From Callorhinchus milii (lineage: Eukaryota), in contig NW_024704742.1 in assembly GCF_018977255.1 (NCBI RefSeq), positions 57,476,001 to 57,540,000 of the forward strand: a stretch of DNA of 64,000 bases. Direction: 5' to 3'. The notes below the pieces were generated by a model. That model did not search any database. It was not told the DNA's origin and saw only the letters and a list, made by a program, of their open reading frames with translations. Below are positions 25,201 through 37,200 of the stretch, piece by piece. The first letter of the stretch is position 1; each line of letters starts with the position of its first letter. The translations under genes were made by a program, and so were the position numbers.

Positions 25201-28200
25201 TTAGATTGTTTCTTGATGTCTCCATATCTGCTAAAATTGATTTTTAGTTCTGTTTGATTTTATAATCCAGGTTCAGGAACTTTCCAAACCAAATATAAGG
25301 GAACTTGCAAATCTCAAACTCCTGCTAGTTAATCTACTTCCAAGAACTCTATTGAATTATAAATGGCTCTAATTTACAAAAGGTACTTACAACCATTCAT
25401 CACAAAACTTACCCTCTAACTATGTCCTGATCTACTGCAGTGCCATTTCCAAAGATGAAATACGCATCCACAAAGGTTCTTAAAAGGGGGGAAAACATCA
25501 TAAAGAGGCATAACTATTAATATTAGATACAATACAATATTACATTTGTATAGCGCATTTCACATCGGGAGGACATTCCAAGGCACTGGACAGTCAGAGA
25601 TTTGGACCCGAGCTGGGGATCGGAATCCGGGAGGGTGGAAGGCAGGGAGAGTAGGAGAATATTATGAAGTAAGAACAAAAAATATATTAACCACCTGCAC
25701 TGATACAGCAATTATGTAATTCTGCTTCAGTCACTGTACTTTACATTTAATCCTGTGAAACACTTTGGGACGTCTTGATGGCTTGATAAAGGTGCTAAAT
25801 AAATGTTTTTCTGTATTTATAACATTAGCCGGTGTTCAAGGTAAAACTCATGTCCTTAGAAATAGAGCTTCTGAAAGTGATGACCCACACATAACCATCT
25901 ATCTGTGCTGTCATACGCTTCTCAATTGGAGGTAACTGGATATAAGAAAATAATCAAAATGTTAGGTTTGTAATCTATATGCTTGGCAGTTTTCAGTGGT
26001 TATTTTGTATTCAGTTCTGTGGGGAAGGGTAAGATTACATTTTATATCATATTATCATAATATTTCACCCACAATCTTCAGTGTTTATTATTCTTGCTCT
26101 TTCTATGCCCTTGGTTTCTCTGTTATTCAGTATTAATATGCCATAATATGACATGTATGGTACAGCATTTAAATGTTGTTCCACAAATATTCAGGATTGC
26201 CAAGTACAACAATATATAAATATTTATCATGATTATTGAAACTTGCATACATTTAATTAACTCAAGATGCACTCCACCTGGATCATAATGTGAGAAATCC
26301 CTCTGAAGTCTGCAACTCTAATGAAGTGCTATTGCACAACTTTGTAGCCCGTGTCCTCTCCCACACCACATCTATGAGCCTATCACTCTTTCCTTGCTTC
26401 ATTCTCCAGCTCCCCAATCCCCAAAGGATTAAATTCAAGATTTGCATCCTCACTTTCAAATGCCTTCATGCCTTTGCCCCAACCCTACCTCTACATCCTC
26501 CTCTAACCCTATCACCCCGACCAATCCTTTCACTTAGCAAATACCAGCTTCACATCCTCATCCCCCCCTAAATCAAATTAATGCTAAATTTTCTTTCAGT
26601 CCCCTCCCTCTTTCCCTCCTTCTCTCCCTCTCGGTCCTCAGAGAAAACAAATAATTTCAGACAACATACTGTACTGAATGTAAGAATAGTTTTGTTTAAT
26701 GCTTACCTCTCTGAGTTGATATTAATGGTGTCTGGTGAAATTTTAGATACAATTACGTTGGTTCCAGGCACAGAGGCTTCCAAAATGCTGGAATACAACA
26801 TGTAACTTTTAAATCTACTGGGGAAATATTTGTAATGTACTGTAGCAGTGGCGTTATTAGTTACTATCTAACTCATATTTAAATAAGATTAAAGGTTAAA
26901 AAAGATAGTTAAGAGGCTGCTGAGTAGAAATTCCACCAGTCAAGATTTACTCTATTACTGTAACATTTCAAATTGCGATTGTCAAATTGTTAAAATATAA
27001 CTTTAATTTTGAAGCTGGTTCACTGCAAGATTTTTTAAGAAAAGTAGCTTCATAGTTTAAACTGAATTGAACAATTTACCAAGTTCTGCACACTCTGAAA
27101 CGCTACGTCAATCGAGTAAATCTAAACATAGTTGGAATTGTATCCGCCGATATGTCTGAGCACTCTGGGGAGCCACTTTAGACTTTATACTTAGAAATAA
27201 TTATATTTAAAAATACAGATAATTTTTTCCAAAGAAAATGAAACAGGCTAGGACAATCTGACAATCTTGAGTCAGAAAACATTGGCTGGATATTCTGATT
27301 CGAATTTCAGCCTTGGTTTGGCATTTGAAATTGGACTATTTTCAGTGCATTTGCATTTGCAGTTCTCAGCTGAACCATTTTGACAATGTGTCATGTGGCA
27401 GCAGGTTTACTGGTTAATAAAGGCAAAATGGACAGAAACTTTTACAACATCCACAGGAAAACAGAATCATACAGCACAGAAAGAGGCCATTTGGTCCATC
27501 GCATCTGCACCGGCTCCTAAAAGAGCAATCCAACTCAATCCCACTGGCTCGCTTTCTCTCCATAGCCCTGAAATCCTGTCCTCCCCAAACACCCATCTAC
27601 TTCTCTCTTAAAAGTTGTTATTGAATCGGCTTTCACTACCCTTTCAGCTAATATATTCCAGATCCAAACAACTTGCTGGGTGAAATTTTTTTTCCTAACC
27701 TCCCCTCTGTTTCCTTTAACAATTATCTTAAATCGGTCTCCTCGGGTTACTGACCCACATGCCAGTGGAAACAGTTTTTCCTGGTTCAACCTATCAAATC
27801 CTCTCATGATCTTGAAAACCTCTATTAAATCCCCTCTTAATCTTCTCTGCTCCAGGGAGAATAATCCTAGTTTCACTAACCTCTCCTCACAACTAAGGTC
27901 TTTAATTCCTGGTACTATCCTGGTAAACCTCTTTGTACCCTCTCCAATGCCCTAACATCTTTCCTAAAGTGCGGTGCCCAGAACTGAATGCAGTACTCCA
28001 ACTGAGGCCTAACCGGCATTTTATAAATATTCAACATAACCTCCTGACTTTTGAATTCTATGCCCTATTTATGAAACCTAGTATCCCATATGCTTTTTTA
28101 ACAGCTTTATCTACCTGTCCTGCCACCTTCAGAGATTTGCTTATGTGGATCCCCAGGTCTCTCTGTTCATTTGCCCCCTTTAAGGTTGTACCACTTAGCT

Positions 28201-31200
28201 TATACTGCCTCTCCTCATTCTTTCTATGCAACACTTTGCATTTTTCCACATTAAATCTAATCTGCCACATTTCTGCCTATTTTACCAATCTGTCTAAGTC
28301 CTCTTTGAGTCTGGTGCTATCCTCCTCACCATTAACTACTTTTCCTAGCTTAGTATCGTCTGCAAATTTGGAAATTGTGCTTCCTATATCCAGGTCCAGA
28401 TCATTAATATAGATCAGAAAGAGCAGTGGTCCCAATACCGACCCCTGAGGGTCACCAATACACACCTCACTCCAGTCAGAAAAGCAACCGTTTACTACCA
28501 CTCTCTGCTTTCTGTCTCCCAGCCAGTTCTGGATCCATGTTGCCACAGTCCCTTTAATACCGTGGGCTTCTATTTTGTTTATAAGTCCTCTTATGTGGTA
28601 CTTTGTCAAATGCCTTTTGAAAATCTAGATAAACTACGTCTACTGCACTACCTTCATCCACCCTCTCAGTCACTTCATCAAGAAATTCTATTAGGTTTGT
28701 CAGACACAATTTGCCTTTAACAAATCCGTGTTGACTGTCCTTTATTAAACCATATTTTTCCAAGTGAGAATTTATATTGTCCCAGATTATAGTCTCCATA
28801 AAGTTCTCCTGCACACATTTCAGGAATTCCTCCCCTTCCTTGCCCTTTATACTATGTGTTTCCCAATCTATGTTAGGATAATTGAAATCCCCCATTATCA
28901 CTACTCTATTAGTTTTGCATCTCTCCAAAATCTGCTTAATAATAATAATAATAATCCTTGCATTTGATATAGCGCTTTTCACATCGGGAGGACGTCCCAA
29001 AGCGCTTCACAGAACACACTGTAAAGTGAATTGACTGTATATTTGTGAGCCCACAAACAGTCGTAGATTGAAAATGACCAATTTATTATTGTTTTTGTTT
29101 TTTGGAGGGATTATTATTATTAGGCGTGTGGAGTAAGGAAACTTGCCCAAGGTTTCGCCCTGCCTGGAATTGAACTCAGGTCTCTCGCTTGCAAAGCGAG
29201 TGCTCTAACCACTGAGCTACAGGACTCCACGTCCTGTAGATTTGTTCATCTATTTCCTTCCCACTATTTGGAGATCCATAGTAAATACCTAACAGAGTAA
29301 CTGCTCCTTTTCTACTCCGTAACTCTAACCAAATAGATTCAGTTTTTGGACCCTCTAAAACATCGTCCTTTTCCAGGACCGTGAACGTGTCCCTAATGAG
29401 CATTGCCACCCCTCCTCCTTTTTTCCCTTTCCTATCCCTCCTGAATAGGTTGTAGCCAGGAATATTCAGCTCTCATTCCTGTCCTTGCTTGAGCCTAGTC
29501 TTCATAATTGCCACTACATTATAACTCGATATGGCAACTTGAGCCTGCAGCTCACCAAGCTTATTGGTCACACTCCATGCATTTACACACATGCATTCTA
29601 ATACCGGCTTAACCCGCTCTACATTTCTCCCCCGTCTCTTTCCACTATTTGCTGGACTATTCCTGGTTTCATTTCTATTTGTCTCTCCTCGTCCACTATT
29701 TAACTTGTTTCCCCTCCCTGATGCTACATTCTGATCCCATTCCCCCTCGAAATCAGTTTAAACGCTTCCCCACATAATTTGTTATCCTTGTTGCAATGAC
29801 ACTGGTCCCAGCCCTGCTCAAATGTATCCCATCTCTTGTGTACAGGTCCCATCTGCCCCAGAAGTGCTCCCAGTGGTTTAGAAACCTGAAGCCCTCCTTC
29901 CTGCACCATTTCTCTAGCCAGGCATTAATGCGTTTGATCCTCCCAGTTTGGTATTCACTTGCATAAGGCATTGGGAGTGAGACCACGATCACTACCATTG
30001 AATCCTGCTCTTTAGCTTCTTTCCAAGCTTCTGATATTCTCCTTGTCAGAACTCTGCAGCTCGTGTACTGTCCCGCACCAGGCTTCGGGAACACATCACT
30101 CCCACCCTCGCTCGCCTCCACTGGCTCCCCATCCCCCAGAGGATCGAATTCAACTTCCTCACCCTCACCTACAAGGCCATTCACGGCCTTGCTTCCTCCT
30201 ACCTCTCTGACCTACTATCCCCCTACCTACCTGCCCGTACCCTCCGTTCCTCTGGCTCTGGTCTGCTCCACATCCCCCGCCCCAACATCGGTGGCCGGGC
30301 CTTCAGCCTCTCAGCTCCTAGGCTCTGGAAATCTATCCCCCAGTGCCTTTGCCGCCTCCTCCCTTTCCTCCTTCAAGGCCGGTCTCAAGACCTTTCTCTT
30401 TGACCGTGCCTTCAGCTCCCCTCTCGACTCTCTACCCCCTCCTTGCTCCCTCCCTTCCCTCCCCTCACCCTGACCATTTCTCCCCTGCTCGGGTCCTGAC
30501 CCAACTGTACAGCGCCTTGGGACGTCCTCCCGACGTGAAAGGCGCTCAATAAATGGAATTTTGTTGTTGTTGTTGTAGGGTCTCAGCCCTTTTATCACCT
30601 ACATCATGGATCCCAACATGGACCATAACTTCTGGATTTTCCCCTTCCCCCTGTGGTATATTTTGCACCCATTCCATGACATCAGGCCCCAGGGAGACAG
30701 CATACCAGGCCCAAGTCCCGTCTCTTATGGCAGAAACGCCTGTCTATCCCTTTAACTGTTGTATTCCCAATAACAGCATTGGCATTTTTCCCTTTATCTC
30801 CCTGAACATCCATTACCTTTTGACTCTTCTCGCCAAATGCGTCCTCATCGGTATCCAGTACCGAGAACCAGTTTGTGAGTGCCACATTGTTAAGGGATTT
30901 CTGTACTGCCTGTTCTTTTTTTGCTCTACATTGGATGGTCACCCACTCACCCTTCTTCTGAGCCCTCTGTGTAGCTGGCGTGACCACCTCCTGAACTCTG
31001 TGGCTGTGGGGTGACCACCTCCTGAAAAGTTCGATCCATAAATTCTTCAGCTTCCCATATCCTATGTAGTGACTGTAGCCTCTCCTCAACCTCAGCGACC
31101 CCGAATTCAAGCTCAAGAAGCCAGAGGCACTTCCTACACACGTATTTGTCCAGAACACATGAACAATCCTGGAGTTCCCACATGGCACACAATGGAATGG

Positions 31201-34200
31201 GTCTCAGCTGCCACGTTTTCAGAGATGTTTTGTCTCAACAGTTTCCGGGTAAATAGGTAAAAATAAGTAATTTCACACCTTTTATTCCCTTGCTCACACT
31301 CCTTATATATTAAACTCAATACCTACCACCACAGGAATGTGACCTTTTTATGTAGGCCCTTAGGAGGTTTGTTTCTCCTTTACAAGTTCTCACCTGCACC
31401 AAATTCCCACTCTCACCTAATTCCCAAACAGAATTCTCACTCTGTTCCTCCACTCCGTGGCTTGCTCCTGGGCTCTCTGCTCAAATGAGGCTCTCGCAAG
31501 TCTTCCTCTTTATATAGGACTCAAACAAAAGCACTCAGTTTCGACTGGTCAGCAATTGAATTAATCTTCAACATCTGGCCTATGATTCATTTCTAATTGA
31601 CTTGTTTACCTGCTTCCATATAAGGTTGCCCCTACCTCAGCAAAGATTTTCTGCTCTTTGATTGAATGAAAGCTCTCTCTAGCTCTCTGGTAGCTGTCTA
31701 GCTCACTGGTAACTCTTTGGCAGCTCTCTGGTAGCTCTCTTGCTGAAGAATTCCCACTCTTATCTAATTCCCAAACAGAATTCTCACTCTGTTCCACCTC
31801 ACTCCGTTGGCTCCTCATGCTCCTGGGCTCTCTGCTCAACATCGGAAAACAGGAACAGGATTCAGCCCATCGAGCATGTCAATCAGTCTATTAGATCTTG
31901 GCAGATCTTTACTCCTGATGCCCCTTCCTTTTGACATACCCTGAATAATAATATTAATAATAATAATCCATTCACTTGATATGGTGCTTTATCATGTCGC
32001 TAAGACATCTCAAAATGCTTTGTAGAATATATTGAGCATTGACTATGTATTTTGTGGTCGACAACGGGCAGCTAATTCCGCACAAGCCTTAATATCTCTT
32101 CTGCCCAGGTATTTGTCGATAAGAGCACAAGCAAATGTCATCCATGCCAACCATGACCCAGTCTGTCTCACTCTTCTCTTGTCTGAGGAAGGAGAGTGTG
32201 GAGTTGAGCTTAGTGTTACCGATCAAATAGGAATTGCAGAGCTTCTAAAATAACAGTGAAAACAGCAGAGATTATAGTAGAATTCGGAGAGATCATAAAG
32301 CTTCCCTGTCGTGTTTATTAAAATGTTTTTTGCTCTTTTTTCCCCTTAGGATAGGAAAGGACATGGTTGTTTCCCACAAAAGTTCTCTACCTACTGTTAA
32401 GATATGCCAAACAATTTTCATGAAAAAGTAAATGTGTCTTACCTCACTATTTGGTTTTGATTAAGCAACACACTTCCTGGTGGCCGGTCAAAAACTAACT
32501 GAAGTTTACTGCTTCCATCAACAATAAAGACCTTTAGAGAAAAAANTGGTATAAGTTCCATGAATCAAGAGGTATGTTTCAGTACAATAAATTGCTGGTG
32601 TTACATATTGGAGTCCCAGAGAACTATAGCAAGATGACTACATTTAGCAGAAACCATTCTCTACAGCATATTTATCAATTAACCCCCCCACCCCACTATG
32701 TTCAGTTATAGATGCTGCTCAGTTGGAAGCACTCAAGTCTCTGGGTCAGAAGGCTGTGGATTAAAATCCCATATCAGGAATTTGCATTCATAGTTCAGGT
32801 TGACTTTCAAACACTGAGTTGGAGGAATGCTCCATTGTCATAGTTGCCATGCTTTGGATTAGACTTGAAACCGAGGCCCATCTGGTATTTAGGTGGACTT
32901 TAAGATCCTGCTACAATGTTTACAAGAAATAATAATAATTGAATACCGCCTTATCACATTGTTGAGACGTCTCAAAGAGCTTCATGGAATATATTGTAAA
33001 GTGGATTTACTATGTATTCAATGGGCAAAACGCAACAGTCAACTGTGCATAGCAGTGTACCACAAACGGTCATGGATTGAGTGGCCATATTATATTTTTT
33101 GGAGGGATTATGACCCCCGAAAAGAGATCCGTCAACCAACTAACAACCGAGTTCCTACTTACTACTAGGAAACTCTCCTAAGGTTTCACCTTGCCTGGAA
33201 ATTGAACCGAGATTCGCTCGCTTGCAAGGCAAGTCACTACACTTCAGAAGTTCACACCTATTTATAAAGAGAAGGAAATTTCTCCTGATGTCTTTCATTC
33301 ACTTCATGGTTGTCTTTGGGACATTGCCTTGTGCATATTGACAGCTGTGTTCACCTAGAAATATGCAGTCACTACACCTTACAAGAATTGGGGTACTGTT
33401 GCCAAGGGTAAAACACAGAATGGAACATCTGTAAAGATCTATTTGTTATTGCAGTAAAACCATACTTACATCTAGTAAATGATGAATGGAGTTCCTGGGT
33501 TTTCCTCCATCAATGGCAGCAACGTTTACCTTCCAACTTCCCATCAATGTAAAGTCCACATGATTTCTTATCCTTTCAAATAAATGACAGAGGCTGAAAC
33601 TATGTTTTAGAATTTTGTCAGTTACATTTTAATCTTTCGTCTTTGATAAAGAATTGTGGAGTCATGTAGCCTGGTTACAGCACTCGCCTTGCAAGCGGGT
33701 TTGATTCCCGGCAGGGCAAAACGTTAGGCAAGTTCCCTTACTCCTTACCTAGCAGTAAATAGGAATCCGGTTGTTAGTCGATTGATGGAATACTTTTCTG
33801 GGGGTAATAAACCCTTCAAAAAATAAATTAAAAATTAATAATAGTTTGGTCACTGAATCTACGACTGTTTGTAGGACACTGTTGTGCACAATTGGATGCC
33901 ATGTTTTGCCCATAAAGTATACAGTCAATTCACTTCACAGTATACTCTGCAAAGCGTTTTGAGACATCATGAAGATGTGATAAGGAGCTATATCAAATGC
34001 AAGGATTCTTATTAAATTATTTAGCAAGAGACTGTTCAAAATCATCAACATCATGAAGAACACACAAGTAACATGTGGGGAATGACCAAAATGGTCAGAT
34101 CCTTGCTTGCTTTCAAATGTATAACAAGAAATTTCTATCTTTTTTTTCGTGGTAATCCCATACCACTTATACTTGGTTTGGGAAGTGGCTTTGCTTCACT

Positions 34201-37200
34201 ATAACTGAATTTAAACAATATCATTGGAACTATATTTTCAGATGCACCAAGACAGCAGAACAAGTGGACACGGGTTTAAGGTATTATTTTAGTCAACTCG
34301 GTGTCTGATACACATATGATCCCATCACAAATGTTTAAGGGCATCCAAACCAGAATGAGCATTGCAACCAACACATGGAATTGTCTGTGTCTGGAATAGA
34401 ATGTGGTCTCTCTCCCTGGAGGGTCGTATCCTCTTTACCTAATTCTGCAGAGTATTGGAAAGGGCTGGCAAGAGCCAAGGGTCAAAAACTCAGAAGGTGT
34501 GATAGGGATACTGATTTAACCAGCTAATACCGCATAACTTGCCGATGAGCGCACTGTCTGGGAAGCGTTCCACTGATTGTCCAGCTGGGACTGGCCAACT
34601 ATTGGGGCCTTGTCTTACAATTATTTTGAAAAAATCTTGCTAAAGATATGGTAAAAGCGCTCTGAGTCGCTATTCCACTATATAAATGCAAGTTGTTGTC
34701 AATGTTGTAAAAGAAAGAACTTGCATTTTTAAAGTGCTCTAACATGTTTAAATATTTCAGAGTTTCACAGTAATTACTGACAAATGCAGTAAGTGGTTTT
34801 AGAGGCAAACACTGTAACCAATGTGTACTATAAACTGCAATGAGATGACTGACCAATCTATTGTTGGCCAGGACACTGGGAGAAATTCCCTCCTCTTTTT
34901 GAATAATGTCATGGGAACTTCAACATCTCCTGGTTTAGGCAGTGGGATTTCTACAACAACAAAATTACATTTGTATAGCACCTTTCATGTCGGGAGGCTG
35001 TCTCAAGGCGCTGGACAGTGTACAGCATTTCAGACCCGAGCTGGGTTCAGGGGGTGAGAAGGGAGGGGAGGGGAAGGGTGGTAGCCGATGGCATGGTCAA
35101 AGAGGAGGATCTTGAGGCGGGACTTGAAGGAGGCTAATGGGGAAGCGAGGCGGAGTAATTGGGGAATGGAATTCCAGAGGTTGGGAGTAGAGAGGCTGAA
35201 GGCTCTCCCTCCAATGGTGGGGCGGGTGGGTTAGAGGACGTGGAGCAGGCCAGAGCTGGCTGGGTGGAGGGAACGGGCAGGTTGGTAGGGGGTTAGGAAG
35301 TCGCAGAGGTAGGGTGGAGTGAGGCCATGGAGGACTTTGTAGGAGAGGACCAGGATCTTGAACTGGATCCTCTAAAGGACAGGGAGCCAATGGAGTCGGG
35401 CAAGAATGGTGGAGATGGAGTCACGGAGTTTGGTGCGGGAGAGGACATGTGCGGCAGAGTTCTGGATTATTTGCAGCCTGTGGAGGGAGGAGTTGGGAAG
35501 GCCGACAAGGCGGGCATTTGCTTAGTTGAGCCTGGAGGTGATGAAGGCATGAACAAGAGTTTAAGCATCCTGAGGGATGAGGTAGTGGTGGAGTCGGGTG
35601 ATGTTACGGAGGTGAGGGAAGGCAGAGCGGGTCATGGCTTGGATTTTGGGAAGAAGACAGTTGAGGGTCGAACAAGACACCTCGGTTCCTGACTGGCTTA
35701 GTGAGTTGAAGTGTGCAACCATGGAGGTTGATGCTGCCAGAGCCTGAGGTGCTGAGGCACTGGCGTGAGCCAATCAGGAGGGCCTCAGTCTTGTTCACAT
35801 TTGACTGCAGGAAATTTGCCCTCATCCAGGACTTGATGTCCAACAGACAGTCCGTCAGGACAGCAGTGGTCCTGGAGTTGATGGTGGAGGCAGAAAGATA
35901 GAGTTGGGTGTCATCTGCATACATATGGAAGTTGACCCAATATCTGTGGATGATGTCACCAAGGGGGAGCATGTAGATATTAAAGAGGAGAGGACCAAGG
36001 ACAGAGCCCTGGGGGATGCCAGACATGACAATGCAGGGGCTGGAGGAGAAACCGTTAGAGGCAACAAAGTGGAGACGGTGAGAGAGATAGGAATCGAACC
36101 AGGCAAGGGCAGGTCCACGAAGATTAATTGAAGAAGAGGCGGTGTATGAGGTTGAAATGGTTGACAGTGTCGAAGGTGGCAGAGAGGTCGAGGTGGACAA
36201 GGAGGCAGAGGGAGCCCTGATCAGATGTTCAGAATGTCATTAGTGATTTTGACCAGGGCTGTTTCCGTGCTGTGGGCAGCGCGGAAGCCAGATTGGAGGG
36301 ATTCAATGAGGGAATAGCGAGAAAGGAGTGGAGCTGGGACGTAACGACTCATTCCAGGACCTTGGAGAGGAATAGGAGGTTAGAGGTGGTAAGGTAGCTG
36401 GAGAGGATGGATGGGTCCAGGGAAGGTTTTTTCAAGATGGGGGTGATGGCGGTTGTTTTTAGGGGGGTGGAAACTGAACCGGTGGACAAGGAGTTTTAAC
36501 ATCTCATCCAAAGATGAACTGCAACATTGTAGTGCTCCTCCGCATTGCTTATGCTTGTGAGGTCAAGTACAGACATGCAGGTCGAACCCACAATCTTCAT
36601 ACCCACATGTGAAAGTGTAATCAACTGAGCCTGACTGATACCTAGGAAGACACAGAGATGCTGTCTTCTTGATAGCTAGACAAGTTGAAAGACTAAATGG
36701 TTGAACAGCAGACAGATAAATCAGGAAATACTGATTGGAAGACAGTAAATGAGGGTTTTAATGAGCTCTAGATTGTAGGAGCCAAGGAAAACAGATAGGG
36801 AAGAAGTTGTAAAGTCTTCAATCTTGGGTCTTGAATCTTGGTAAAGAAGGAGTTTCAATAGAAAATAATGCAGTGAATTTTGGATAAGACATTAACCGAG
36901 GCCCCATCTGTCTGTTCAGATGCATGTTTAAGATGACATCCTCTCTATCTGTGACGAGAGCTCCCTCTGCCTCGTTGTCCGCTTGGATCTCTCTGCCGCG
37001 TTCGACACAGTCGACGCAGCATCCTCCTCCACCGCCTTTCCTCCGTCATCCATTTCAGTGGGACCACACTCGCCTGGTTGAAGTCCTAACTCATGAACCG
37101 TCAGCAGTACATAACAACAGCAACAACAACAACTTGGATTTATATAGCGCCCTCCACGCCGGACGGCGTCTCAGAGCACTTTACAGTAACAGATCCCAGG

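Larger units (their letters stand above)
27460..31839 (-). mobile_element. Near full-length CR1 LINE (5' UTR, ORF1 zinc finger plus SGNH esterase, ORF2 APE plus RT with an internal deletion), interrupted by a SINE and an L2
   Basis: ORF1 MWELQD..YVCRKC and [24 protein letters not shown]2 [76 protein letters not shown]; junction [17 protein letters not shown] marks a deletion at about 28800. Confidence 0.93.

Noticed and set aside
29155..29230. tRNA-like sequence (also at 4411, 33656, 54000 and 58050)
   Set aside because: Each is joined to the same SINE body and tail and is variably decayed; these are SINE heads, not tRNA genes.
32546..32546. Single N near a splice acceptor
   Set aside because: Assembly ambiguity at the end of a homopolymer; it does not touch the exon.
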